This document shows positions 1-12,825 of a stretch of 64,000 nt of DNA, piece by piece. This stretch comes from Oopsacas minuta (Eukaryota; Animalia; Porifera): NCBI GenBank assembly GCA_024704765.1, contig JAKMXF010000329.1, positions 124,001-188,000 on the forward strand. Direction: 5' to 3'. The first letter of the stretch is position 1; the number at the start of each line of letters is the position of its first letter. The notes below the pieces were generated by a model. The model was not told the DNA's origin. It was given only the letters and a program-made list of their open reading frames with translations, and did no database searches. The position numbers and the translations under genes are program-made.

Positions 1-23
1 TTGCTAATAAGCGAACTCCACTG
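1..23. repeat. Right terminus of a pogo/Tc1-type MITE (same family as 30407-30503)
   Basis: TTGCTAATAAGCGAACTCCACTG followed by TA. Its reverse complement CAGTGGAGTTCGCTTATTAGCAA differs at one base from the left TIR at 30407. Confidence 0.7.
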
Positions 24-414
24 TAATTAACAGCCCATGTACTTCAACTGCATCGTCAAAACTATGAAATTAATAACTCGCCTTGCGATGATGGTTTTAA
101 TACTAGACAGGAAGTAACGCTCATTGATAGTAAACTTGTTCTATTTTGACAGGCACTGAATTTCTACTATAATTTTAATTGAATTACCACGACCGCTAGT
201 AATTGTTGTCAGAAGTTAGACTGTCCATTGAAGTAATTGAAGCATTGGTGATGCTCTTAGGGTTTCAGTTTTCAAAGCTTGTTTTGAAATTTACACATGG
301 GTGAAGTCAATTTCAGATATTCTCTATAAGTTATAAAGTCATTCTATATCATCAAATCTTTCACATTTTCTGTTCTTCAATCAGTTCAGTGACTCGTATC
401 TCAAACAATCCTAG

Positions 415-2733
415 ATGACTAAAAGACTACAACAAAGCAAAGTTCAGGCATATTTTAAAAGAAATCGAATAGAAATCGAAGATCATGTCGTCTCTTCAAA
501 TTATGAGGAGGTAGAGCCTGTTGTTACGAGTCTTCAAGTTTCGACCCCTTTAACTTCCGATTCTTGTACAACTATTTCAACTCCAAGTTTAAACACGACT
601 CATATACAATAATCAATTGTGACTGTAAATGATTTGTCCAAAAATGGTGAGAAACCGAGGCAACCTTCTATTATCTTCCCAAAAAATGAGGCCGGTAGAC
701 ATTTTAGTACTCATTGGTATGCCCAATTCTCCTGGATAAAGTATAACAAAGAACTCGATGCTATATTTTGCCAACCGTGTCGGCTTTTTGGAGGATCAAC
801 AGCTGAAGCAACTTTTTCAACAAAAGGACTTTGTGACTGGAGGAAACTTGGCGACAAGTGCAGGAAGCACGATAGTTCTGTGTGTCATATGGCAGCTGTT
901 GAAACACAGAAAGTCTGGGCAATTCATCAAATAATAGGGACGGTAGATAAGCAACTGGATCCAAATTTTCGAAATGAGAAATTCATAGATGACAATCGGA
1001 AACATTTAATGACTGTTCTTGACATTATTACTTTTTGTGCCAAACAAGATATTCCTCTTCGAGGAGATGATGAATCAGATCAGTCGCTTAATAAAGGGAA
1101 CTTTCTTGAAATATTAGAACTTTTAGGAAAATATGATAGCAATGTGACCAAGAGGATAGAAAGTCTTCCAGGAAATGCAAAAATGCTAAGTCCAGATATT
1201 CAAAATGATTTGCTTACATCACTCGCTTCAGTGCTTCTAGACTATGTTAAAAGTGAAGTAGAAATCGCGTCTTGTTATGCTATTCTAGCTGACGAAGTAA
1301 AAGATGCATCTAAGAAGGAGTTGTTAGGTGCTTCTTTGCGATATATCCATAAAGGTAATGTCCGAGAAAGAGCTATTGGCTTTATTGAATTGAAGGACAT
1401 GGATGCGGGCACCATCTCTGAAAAACTGATAGAGCTACTTAAGCCTTTTGAGCTCGATCCTCTGAAATGTGTAGGGCAGGGTTACGACGGGGCTAGTGTT
1501 ATGTCAGGAATATACGGTGGTGTCCAAGCCCGCATGAAAGGAGCAGGTTATCGCAATGCCACATTTGTTCATTGTGCTTCACATAGGCTTAACTTAGTAT
1601 TAGCTGCAACTGCTGAACGACATCCTCTGATGAAATCTTCCTTTAATATATTGGATTTGACGTATTCGTTCATGAATGGAACAAAGCGACATGCAGTTTT
1701 CATAGACGTCCAGGATGAGCGCTATCCCAACGTCCAAGCTCTTGGACTTGCACGTTCATGTAGTACTCGTTGGTCTTCCCGTTCTTTGGAGGTGGAAAGG
1801 TTTCTGCGTCGGTTTGATTGCATACTTGATACTTTAAGCATATTTGGAAATGATAATGATGCAGACACAAGTTTAGCAGCTAAATCTTTACTAGGTAGTC
1901 TACAAACAAAGAAATTTATGACCATCTTAGTTTACTTTGGTAGGCTGTATGATTACTCTGATTTTTGCACTAAAGCTTTTCAGAAGTCGACAGCAACTGT
2001 TTCTTCTTGTTTGATATTACTTGCCGATCTGAGGGAAAGGTTGGTCAATTTCGATTTTGACAAGGTTGTCGAATATGCCAAAGATTTGTCTGGTAAATAT
2101 GAAATCGAAAATTTTGATGTAAGAGACACAATCAGGCAACGGCGTCTTCCAGAAAGGTTTAGAGAAGGATATCTAAATAGCTCTGTTGGACACACAAACG
2201 CATCCAACTTTGAAGAGCTTGAAATATTGTTACGCCAAAATGTCCGCGAGATCTTAGCAGAATTGGATGCCCGTTTTGGTACAGATCAATCAGGCATCAT
2301 GAAGGCTGCTGATTGCTGCTTACCAAGGTCTCAAAACTTTCTTAACAAACGGGAATTGAATACACTATCTGAACTGTATGCAATAGATATCAAAGATTGT
2401 GAAATAGAAGTTTTCCGTTCGTTTATTGCTCGGAAAGATGAATCTCAGCTAAATACTTTGATCGATGTACTGGATGTGATTGACAAAGATATTTTCCCTG
2501 ATGTTTTCAACTTATACCAAATTCTTGTGACTATCCCTCAGACGTCTTGCAAAGTTGAGAGAATGTTCTCATCTGTTAAGAGAATAAAAACACGTTTGCG
2601 CTCACAAATGACCACTGAGCGTCTCAACCATCTTGCCCTGTTATCTATTGAAAAAGATATTGCAGAAACACTTTGTTATAATGATGTGATCGAACATTTT
2701 AAGCAGATGAAGCACCGCCGCTTTCTTTTGTAA
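415..2733 (+). pseudogene. hAT transposase, ZMYM1-like (TTF-type Zn finger, DUF4371-like region, hATC dimerisation domain), interrupted by one in-frame stop
   Basis: Motifs include FCQPC...HDSSVCH, PLRGDDES...NKGNFLEIL, ILADEVKD, QGYDGASVMSG, FVHCASHRLNL, TRWSSR and TSCKVERMFSSVKRIKTRLRSQMTTERL. ORFs 415-612 and 619-2733 share a frame and are separated only by TAA at 610-612. Confidence 0.9.
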
Positions 2734-2949
2734 TGTCAAATAGTATCCCTGAATTGAGTTTAGTATCTTAATAAATGCTCTTACTATAATGTAGACTAAT
2801 CTAATGCTCCCTAGCCTAGTAATCTGGTACTTTATGAATTAAAAAGGTTATACATGTAAGAAAAGGAGACTGGGTCGTACTTGTTATACACAAGTAATTA
2901 AGTTTTCAAAAATATTTATCCCTGCAATTGCCCTCCCGAAATACTTCTT

Positions 2950-2984
2950 GCCCCCCTGAATGTCTTGCTCTAGCTACGTGCCTG
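2950..2984. mobile_element. Right TIR of the ZMYM1-like hAT element (left TIR not found)
   Basis: The reverse complement reads CAGGCACGTAGCTAGAGCAAGACATTCAGGGGGGC, a typical hAT end, 250 bp after the stop codon. No matching left end or 8-bp TSD is found in 1-414. Confidence 0.65.
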
Positions 2985-3779
2985 CCACTGACTGGATACC
3001 ATGTAGCGGCGACGTTCCCCATTGGCCTGTGGAACTACCACTTCAGTACGTCCTTCGGACTCCCCCGTACAACCAACGCCGTAGAGGCATGGCACCGCAG
3101 CTTCAATGCCACTATCGGCTGCCATCACCCCACCATATGGAAGTTCCTCCTACCCCTCAAGCGTGAGCAGGGCCTAGTGGAGGTGCGGCAGACTAACTAC
3201 CTTGCTGGGAAGGAGCCGACCAAGCGGAGGAGGTCCCAACAGAGTGAACAAGCGTTGAGTACTCTAGTTGGAGAATATATCCACCAGACGATACTAAGAC
3301 GAAGTTCCATACAAGTGTAGACGCCATCTCAGCCTGAGAACGGATATTAATATTCCGTATTATCTATCCCTCAAATAAATTTGATTTTGAGATAATACTT
3401 TAGATTACCATGTTAATCCGCCCCCTGACTGAAATTATGTGCTACACCCTGCAAGAACTCCATCTTAGTACGATTTGGTGAATAATACTCTCCAACTAGA
3501 GTACTCAACGCTTGTTCACTCTGTTGGGACCTCCTCCGCTTGGTCGGCTCCTTCCCAGCAAGGTAGTTAGTCTGCCGCACCTCCACTAGGCCCTGCTCAC
3601 GCTTGAGGGGTAGGAGGAACTTCCATATGGTGGGGTGATGGCAGCCGATAGTGGCATTGAAGCTGCGGTGCCATGCCTCTACGGCGTTGGTTGTACGGGG
3701 GAGTCCGAAGGACGTACTGAAGTGGTAGTTCCACAGGCCAATGGGGAACGTCGCCGCTACATGGTATCCAGTCAGTGGC
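2984..3779. repeat. 291-bp inverted repeat (2984-3274 / 3489-3779) with a 214-bp spacer
   Basis: The arms are identical by eye along their whole length. Confidence 0.9.
2985..3330 (+). pseudogene. MULE transposase C-terminal fragment
   Basis: FPIGLWNY...GLPRTTNAVEAWHRSFNATIGCHHPTIWKFL is a typical MULE C-terminal motif. The fragment begins immediately after the hAT TIR. Confidence 0.85.
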
Positions 3780-4651
3780 TAGCGTGCGACTGATATAAGT
3801 CCTCTCAAAGTAGTCGACTAGCTCGCCTATCTCAGACGTAAGGGGAGATCCATTGACACTTGCTCAAACAGATCGGGTACGTCTGCTGGTCGGGCGAATT
3901 CAAGGGCTGGTATCTTCCGGATGCGCATGGCCAGCTCTTCGTCATGTGTGTAGTCAGACTGCACATGGCGCCAGATATTCTGTGTGAGGTGGAAGAAGGA
4001 GCACTTCACCACTGTGTTAGGTCAGACATGCTCAAAGCTGTTAATTGCGCCCTTCTCAAAGTTCAGAAGCATCTGTTCAGGCTGGGCAAGAGGACAGAGT
4101 ATGCGGATCTGCTCCCACATCCTACGGTAGGTATCCTCTGTCTTATTGAGCAGCAGCACGAACAGACTCGGCAACAGATGACCAGTCTTCATAGGATCGT
4201 CTCCTCCTCGGAGTCCATGCACCACATACACCTGGGCGAAGAGGGGAGGCGCCGTCTTGAAAGTGCCATCAGCTAGCCAGATCTTGCTTTGCTGTAGCAT
4301 CCCGAAGTTGAGGAATCTATGTGCATAGTCTTCCCCAGAGTCATAGAGTAGGAACTGTTCCCCCTTGGCTGTCCGCTGGTATTCTGCAGGTAGAACCAAC
4401 TCTGCTAGGGCGGTAGGCTGCACTGGAGCTGATAATACACTTGCACGCTGACGCTGTATCGTCCGCTTCAGGCTGTCCAGCTTAGGTAGTTTAGCAGCAG
4501 TACCCTCTGATGCCGTTAGCATACCCTCACCGATTATGTAATGTGAGCTATCCTGTGTGTCCCGTGCTTTCCTCTTGATGCCGGCCTTTAACTCACAGCA
4601 GGCCGTAGCCTGCACATCAGGTGCATGCAGATGCTCATTCGTACGCTTCAC
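3410..4651 (-). pseudogene. MULE transposase, 5'-truncated and frameshifted
   Basis: WLADGTFKTAPPLFAQVYVVHG, LLNFEKGAINSF, CSFFHLTQNIW and RTTNAVEAWH motifs occur across several frames. The region is GC-richer than its flanks. Confidence 0.85.
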
Positions 4652-5391
4652 TATCTCTATTCCCTTCGTATAAACCCTTGCTTTCTCTTTCCCTCTCTCT
4701 CTATCTCAATCTGTCAAATCTCCTCTCTCCTATCTTTCTCCGGATTTCATCCTAATTCCTGAAGGTGCAGCTAATTGAAGTGGACAGTGGTCGAGGTGTG
4801 GTAGCTGCACCGAAGTAGAACATAGTTTAGTTTTTAGTTTCTATTTGTTTTGTTCTGTTTTCTATTTGTTACTAGATAAATGTTTAATTAATTAATTAAT
4901 TATATTTCTTGCAAATTACTTATTAATAATACAAGTAGTCATAATTCAACTGAGAAACTAGGATTTATAAAGAGCTTTGGCTCAGGAATCTCGACAAAAG
5001 CAATGAAATATAAACTTAAATATTTCTAATTGAGCATCTGTACATTGGTTTAGTCAGGCCTGGTTCCCCCCTAATAGCGTGGTCGTAAACCGCAAGCGGA
5101 ACTCGCTCGTTTATATAAAATATTGCAAACATAAATAAAGCAAACATTACAATACGCAGCTTTGTTGCATCGTATATGGTTCCGGTGGGCGGTATACATA
5201 TATAATCAATAAACAATGCTCTTAGTCAAAGGGGCAAAACAATTACAGGGCGTGCTGCACAGCACTTCGATAACCGTGCGCATCTAGATCTCATTGCGAG
5301 TATGCATGCCAAATCTGGCCTTAACCCCTCCAAAGTCCAAAGGTATGAACAAGGAAGTAATTTCAAGTGAACACACACACATATATAAATA

Positions 5392-5520
5392 CAGTGGAAC
5401 ATCTGAATTACGGTCACCCTTGTATTCAGGTAAATGGCCGTGATTTCGGGGTTATCAATATAATATGGTACTAATAAATGGCTGGAAGTCAGAATTATGG
5501 GGTGTCTGTAATTCTGAATT
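5392..5520. repeat. pogo/Tigger-type MITE remnant
   Basis: TA followed by CAGTGGAACATCTGAATTACGG at the left end. The right end is only partial (GTGTCTGTAATTCTGA). Confidence 0.4.
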
Positions 5521-6097
5521 AAATTAATGTTAATGCTTATTGGAAATTTGGAATTCAACCGGGACAAAGAAGCTCAAAGAAGCGGGCTCCGAAAACAGGT
5601 TTAGCACTCACTGAATCCACCAGGGCGCTAAAATTGATTGAAACAAATGCAATAAGATCTAGTCAACTGCTCTTGAAGCTATACCAGTTTGTAATAACTA
5701 CTACGTAATTATATCTGTCATCCTCTAATAATATACTATGTATATTTTCGACCACAATCTAAATGAATCTATACAAGCTACTTAATTAATCTATTTTGCA
5801 AATTATGCAAAGCAATTGGTAAACCAATTATATTTAAGTTAGAATTAAGCAAACGAATTCAGAGAAGAAATTAGTTCAATTATTTAGCCATTTAAAACCT
5901 GTTAAATTATTAACAAACATTGACCAGTCAAAAGTGGAGCGAAATGTCGTCGAACGTTTAGTCGTGGAACGTTTTGTCGGACTTCCCAAATTATCAAAAT
6001 CGCATCGTCGACTCTAGGATTAACACCAATTGATCCAAGGATGTTTTCAGACAAAATATCAGAAATGACCATATTATAGTCAGATTGCAGATATATA

Positions 6098-7403
6098 CGA
6101 GGGGAACTCAATAAGTTTTGAGCCTGACTAAGTTGCGAGCTCTTATATAAATAAACCATTACTTGTTTCGAATAAACATGGGATAAATATACTTCGCTGA
6201 AAATCTTGTAACTTTATCTTGTATACTTTTCAGATAGCAGTAGTTTTATTATCTATGGATTCCTTAGTTACCAAATCCTCGATACAGTTATCAAGGCGTG
6301 ATATTCGTGCGATAATACTTTTTCAGTTCCAACTTTTGAAAACAATAAAAGAATGTCACGAAAATTTCTGTACAGCCTTCCCAAATAACAAGATATCTGC
6401 GGCAACAGTGAAAAGATGGTACAGAGAATTTAAGTATGGGAATTTTCATCTTGAAGACCAACACTTCCCTGGACCACCCCCATACGCTGTTATAGAGGGA
6501 ATTGTTGGGGCAATTGAGGACATGGTGGTAGCAGACCCAAATGTTACATATGAGAGGATTCAGCACGAAATTGGCATTTCATCCAGGGCAGTGCACACCG
6601 TTTTACACTAACCCCTTCTACCACGTAAACTTTGTCCCCGTTGGATCCCACATCAGCTTCATCTTGAGGAGAAGCAGAATCGAGTGAAATTGTGCTATGA
6701 AATGCTTTAAAAATTCAACAATGGCAACAATAGAGATGTTTCCAAGTTAATAACTCGTGATGAAACATGGATCTACATTATGGTCCAGAAACAAAGCAGC
6801 AGAACCGTCAATGATGTGAAATTGGAGAAGGTCCCCCAACAAAGGTTCGCAGAACTCAGTACACCAAGAAACAAATGTATGTAATTGTTTTTAATCCAAC
6901 GGGTGTTAAAACTGTTGTACCTCTTGAACCTGGTAAGACAATTAATTCAACCTGGTATACAGAGAGTTGTCTGCCTCTAGTCATAAGAGCAATAAATTTA
7001 CAGCGTCCTGGCACAGTAATAAGGGGGACATTTTGCACCACGATAATGCCAGTTGTCATACATCAAAAATGACAAGACAATAAATTGAAGAATCAGGACT
7101 ACATATTTTGCCACACCCTCCTCATTCTCCAGATCTATCACCCTGCGACTTCTGACTCTTTTTCGAGAATAAAAAATACTTAAAGGCAGAAATCTTTCAT
7201 CGAAATCTGAACTTGAGAGGGCCCTCAGAGGATTGATCGGAGACGTCAACGAAAATAAATTTAAAGAAGTTATTCAAGCTTGGTTGAAACGAATGAAAAA
7301 GTGTAGTCAAGCTAAGGGATGCTATTTCGAACAATTATAATAAAACTATATATAGATTGATGCTTCTTGATACTTAGGCTCAAAAGTTATTGAGTACCCC
7401 TCG
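6098..7403 (+). mobile_element. Full-length mariner (DD34D-type) element with a degraded transposase
   Basis: TIRs of about 28 bp (CGAGGGG[A/T]ACTCAATAA[G/C]TTTTGAGCCT), TA on both sides, length 1306 bp. The coding remnant has an HTH (TVKRWYREFKYG), WIPHQL, DETW, H-DNA and SPDLSPCD motifs, with stops and frameshifts. Confidence 0.92.
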
Positions 7404-8029
7404 TAGTAGTGGCCATGGATGACCAATATTCAACTATAACTTACATTATGTTATGACTAAATTCACTTCCAAACATTTAGTATATACCCGACCTCCCATA
7501 TACTGATAATACATTTGAAATGATATCTCTGACGATTATTACGAATCTTGAAAATGACCACATATGGTGATACCTGGAATAGTCCTTTGGAGCGTGAACT
7601 ATGCACAGTGGCTTAAAATGGGAGTAAGTAAAGAATGGGTATTTCATTTGAAATAGACATATATAAAGTATTATCAGCATATAAGTTATCATATGCTAGG
7701 AATCATTTGATGCATTCAAATTTTATAAGGTTTCTATATCTTATGTTCTGACGTCATAGCTTTATGCTGAATTTTGTTTTTCTTTAATATCTGATTGTAA
7801 AACAATCTTAGCCTATACATTTTATTATTTGGGTATAGTATATCATATCCATGGAAGCAATTAGAACTGTTAGAAATACAAAATTACTCATAATTTTATA
7901 AAATTACGTCATACACATGTTTTTCATAATTTTTGCTTTTGTACTCCATACTTCTAAATGCGTTTATAGAATTTATTACTATCACTTTTGCTAATATATG
8001 TGTAACAATTCTAACAATTTCTGGATAAA

Positions 8030-8667
8030 AACAATAAGCAATTATATTAAGGGATGTATTTGTAATATTCATTCACTAACATTCTGCAAACTACTTTGTG
8101 ACAATATCATATCAACAATAAGGCCCTTAACGATATTATCAATAGATGATTCCAATAAATCTGCTGCATTAATTCTACAGCACTTAGCTCTTCGGGTAAA
8201 TGTTTCCATTGATGGGATAACCTTGCAAAATTTAATCACGATCTTTCAGTTCTTTCTGCGTGCAGTACATAGTTAGCAACTTGCACCTCCTGTTCCTGAG
8301 AGAATACTTGCCATTTTACCATCAAGCATTGATCGGACAACATCGACAAATATATGTTTATCATCGGCAAAATAGAAACCTTGGTCCTTCATTTGATCTG
8401 TTTCGGGATTGATGATATCTTTCATAAATTGGCGAATATTGTCATGATTTTCTGTGGCAGCAAGAAGGGAAATTGGATCTTGGGGGAATGGAGAATTCGG
8501 CAGTTGTGATTTGGTAGACGTATTCGTATTCGGTTGATTATATACGGTATGCGTTCCAGATCCATCTAAACCATCAGCAATCTGAAATCGGAGAGGAAAA
8601 TCCTCATTTGAAGGGGACGGTAGAGTGGACATAATTCTACAAAATGTATGGTATACTAATTGAGTGT

Positions 8668-8708
<41 letters not shown>

Positions 8709-9440
8709 AACTGGGGCTGTAGGATTTGGGTACAGTTGAATCATACTTCGTAGTACTAAATTATTTCTATGATCGGCCACCCTTTGATATGTAGGAAAGT
8801 GAATTTCATTAGATAACAAAAGTTGTCGTAGTAGAGTATACTTCCTCTTGCCAATCTCTAATTGATCCAAAAGAAATAATGTCTTGCCCACACCCAATTC
8901 TTTGCTTTGGATTCACGCTCGAATTGACCAGAGAATTTTCCTTGGCAATTGATTAAGATACCCTGGCAACTTCTCGATTGTCTTCTTCATTGCACAACAA
9001 TTGTAAAGCAAGAACTGCAATTGTAATTTCAGAAGTTTTTTCGATTACCGAGATGGACCTGATAGACTCAAGGAAACTAGAGATATGGGAACGCTGATGT
9101 TGCAGTGAAAGATTGATAAGTTCTTTCTTTTGGCGCACCGACTTAGTTTTTGGGGGCTTGTGAAGCTATAAATAATTCTGAGCAAATTTCAGAATGCCAC
9201 CAATCTCCATGCAAAGATGCAAGTGAATTTTTTGAAGTTCTAATCATATCTCGTATTCTACGTAGAATCAATTCAAGTTTAGGCTGTCGGCATGGTCTAA
9301 TCAATGGAGATTGGTAAGATAACCGAGAGTTATTTGGACGTAATCGCTATTTGCTTTCAGGATTCTCGCTAAATCGAGACGAGATTCGAGGAAAGTTATC
9401 GAAGCAATTGGTTCAGCCATTGATCACGGATAAATTATCC
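8030..9440 (-). pseudogene. Transib transposase pseudogene (NBD-like region through the second catalytic Asp and the CxxC region; C-terminal part lost)
   Basis: LFLLDQLEIGKRKYTLLR, LRFQIADGLDGSGTH and VRSMLDGKMASILSGTGGASC align with the intact 713-aa ORF. KKELINLSLQHQRSH resembles the NBD. Confidence 0.88.
8671..8706. repeat. (CA)18 microsatellite inside the Transib pseudogene
   Basis: Read directly from the sequence. Confidence 0.95.
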
Positions 9441-10849
9441 ATGGGGGTGAAAATAAAGGTGTGTGATTGAAAACATAAGTACACGTATATACACACATCT
9501 ATATGTTTAATTTGGTGCAGTAATTCCCAAGAATAATTAGGATTAGACGAGTATTCAATTACTTAGTTACAGATATCACTTTAGGAATTTCCATAGCAAC
9601 GATTACAGACAATGGAATGCGACCAAAAAATCAAAGTTGCGCACCATTTCGGGGCCTGTCATCTTCATATAACATAGCATAAATTGTAAACAACAACTGG
9701 TATTATTTTCGCTTTGACGTTCCTTGACTTTTTCTTTTCAGACACTTTTAAAATTTTATGTATGGAAAAATGAGATTCATTTTTTACCCTGAGTACAACA
9801 ACCCTTCATATGAAAAGTACCCAGTTTAGAATATATCTGATACAAAATTTGAAATCAGCAAGCAAAATTGTCTAGAATAGATGAAACAATAGATCTTTAA
9901 TATATCCTTTAAAGAATCAGAATCTATGGAAGAATCTTTTATATTTTGAATTCTCCGAAAGGATAATTTCAGCATCAAAAACACAAAGTTTCGGTTCAAA
10001 TTTACATAACTAATAGGCTCCCAAATGATTCGAAAATTGGAATGGATGCTACTTGAATGTTTAGAAACACAATGAAACCATAAGGGAATGAAAGCATTAC
10101 TATAAAAAATTTCTTGATTCTTTACTACTAAGCCACTGTGTTATGTAGTATAAGGCTAGAAACTATAATGATTTTCTGGACGAGTGATAAAACTAGTGTA
10201 TTGTAGTTACTATTTTCAAATTTGAGAAAAATGACGTTTGTGATCAAAACAACGAATTATTGTTTTCTTAGGTCATAGGCCAAACGCCATGAAATATTTG
10301 AAAATATTGATGTGGAACGAAAAATACATAGGAAATAGGTGTCAAAAATTATAATTGTAAATTCATTAGCTAAGCTGGCGGAATTAAATACCTAATATAG
10401 TGAGAAATACGATGGTTAATAATTGAAAATGAGTATTTTTAGGAGACGCCATTAGCAATTGCAGAATTTACGGCAAAATGCTTTTATAACCAAACAATTC
10501 AAGAACAACATTGGCTACAATCACAACTCAAAAGGCCAGAAAAAAACGCAATAAAAGTGACTCAACTCAACTTTTTGAGCAATGCAGACTAACGACGTGC
10601 AACGCGGGCGATTAATCCTAAATAATATTTTGGGCTTATTGAACACTGCGAGCTTTCCAAAATTCTAATGTGACTAGAATCGGAAATCAGAAACATGCAC
10701 GTGCAAAAAACTAATCTCTCACCGAAGACATACCCAAGTAATTGTGAAGAGTTCCAATCCGATTTAGGGATAGGGATTCCACACTTCATATTCTACATAT
10801 GTGAGATTTCATCAGTAGATTGTTATCCCAAATATAAAAAGATTTAGAA

Positions 10850-11642
10850 CCGGCACTTCATGCATCGGGTATTAAGAAATTATGAAATTTTTAACTTTTT
10901 GTACAGTCATGATTACGTAATAATCCTATGATTAGTTAGCTTTTGGTCAGAATCATGACGTGAGGACATTTGTGACGTTGAAGGGTACCTGTGATGTAAA
11001 TTCAAACTTGAATCATGCATAATGGCTTACCAGTGGTTAATAATGTGATTTTTCGAAAATACAGACCAGTGTCAATGACGTCATAATTTCTTCATGGGTG
11101 TTAATATTGATCCTAGACTCGAACTGTCCATGCCAGACCCAAATATCACTGTATACCCAAGAGATAAATATAATTGGATTTCGGATGATACCCAATTGTA
11201 ATAACTCTTAAGCCATCAGCAAATGAAGTAGCCAAGATACGATTAGGAACCTGTTTATCTACTCTGAGAAATTGATTTATTGATTAGACTTAACTATAAT
11301 CCAAATAAAAACTTCATTTACTTTCTTCCCTCTAGATCACTCTATCCTACCTTCCCTACTAAGTTTGGGTCTTTTGTCATATATCCATTGGACTCGAGAT
11401 AACTAACCAAAAGTTACATAGCATCTCCAGTGTCACCACAGAAGGCCATTTATTGTAATTGGATGGACCATGGATAATATTGTCTCAATATTTCCGCTCT
11501 ATTGTAATCCAGAGGCACGAAAAGCCGAGTTTATCCCGTCGAATAGCGAGCAAAAGCATCAAGAAATGTAGCTGTTAAATACTTTTGATAACTTGAGTCC
11601 CTACGCTGTATCGCAGTAACCTAGCAAGCAAGCGCGCTACTA
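10850..11642 (+). repeat. Dispersed non-coding repeat (modules shared with 22930-23435, 30892-31070 and 61480-62135)
   Basis: Shared blocks include TTAGTTAGCTTTTGGTCA, AATGTGATTT[T/C]TCGAAAAT and CAAAAGCATCAAGAAAT[G/T]TAGCTGTT. The end block ACCTAGCAAG..GCGCTAG/C resembles the end of a non-autonomous Helitron. Confidence 0.6.
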
Positions 11643-12825
11643 TATATATATACACAAATATATTTTAATTACGTTTTAATAGTATTGATGTGGAAACGTG
11701 AACTATGCAAAGTAAGGACTGGAAACTAAAAATATTTTCTGGGCCAGGGACAAAAGAGAAGTGCATTTTTAGTTGATTGAAGCAAATCGATATTGCAAAC
11801 ATATTGAAGCTATCATCAAGTTTACAAATATGATGTAATGAAATCACACATCTCACATCTAGAAAACATTTAACGTCATGTGATTGCCTAATTGGGTGAC
11901 ATGTTTGAAAAACTACTCTGAGTATCACAATAAAAGCTAAATATTGAATGTATATTTTTCGGTTAATTAATAATGAATTATCAGAAAATATTTGTATAAA
12001 AAATAAAAAAATTGTCATGATAAAGTTGGCTAGTTCTTGAGTTGCAACCATGGATTGCAATTCTTTGTCAATAGTCACTTATGACTTGTTAATTACAATT
12101 ATGTTCAAATCACGATAGCCAATATATACTTCATACCAAAGCTCCGGTACCCCAAAATACATTTCGATCTGTTAATTAACTGTCCACATATATGCTGTCG
12201 ATTCCTGCCGTAACATATAAATTTGTGCGGATTCGCGGAACCATTTACAAAAACTGGTCGGCCCCGCCGGACACTCGAATGGATGTGCCGCGCATGCTAA
12301 CAATATTGTTTATCAAAGATTGGTTCAAACACCTACATAGAATCGCTTAAATATACATTGAACACTTCTTGAAATGATGTAGGGCCCATGTATGTATGAA
12401 TATAGATAATCATACCATAACTTATAGTCTAAAGTTCCAGCTATAATATTCAAATTATTCAACATTATTTCGCAAAATGAATAATCAATTAGAGAATTGT
12501 AAAATGGATTGTGATCGTAGATCCTATTTTAATTTAAGATCAGAACCGGGACGCCGATCATAATTTCAGCCAGGATCAAGATCTGGATTGGGATCTAGAT
12601 CCTATAATTGAGGATCGTATTGCTAAATGCTAATAATTCGGAAACAGTTGAAATTTATCAAAATTATGTAATACAAGCCTACGATTGAATGAAGTTGTAC
12701 ATGGATCCTATTGGCTTATGCAAAACATCCTATACTCTAAGGCAATTGTGTTAACTGATGGACTTTGACCAAGGACATGTTAATTCATTCATTATCCACA
12801 TAGGACTGTCTATTTGTAGCGACAA

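Larger units (their letters stand above)
7604..10140 (-). mobile_element. Transib (RAG1-core-like) element, subfamily B, internally deleted
   Basis: CACAGTG at both termini (7604-7610; CACTGTG at 10134-10140), a shared inner motif AGTAAAGAAT, and 5-bp flanks CTATG/TTATG (4/5 match). Confidence 0.88.

Noticed and set aside
150-156. CAGGCAC as the left TIR of the first hAT
   Set aside because: Only 7 bp match the right TIR, and the flank TATTTTGA does not match CCACTGAC.
11665-12078. 137-aa minus-strand ORF as a gene
   Set aside because: No recognisable motif and low-complexity AT-rich codons. The same applies to most ORFs under 100 aa in the track.
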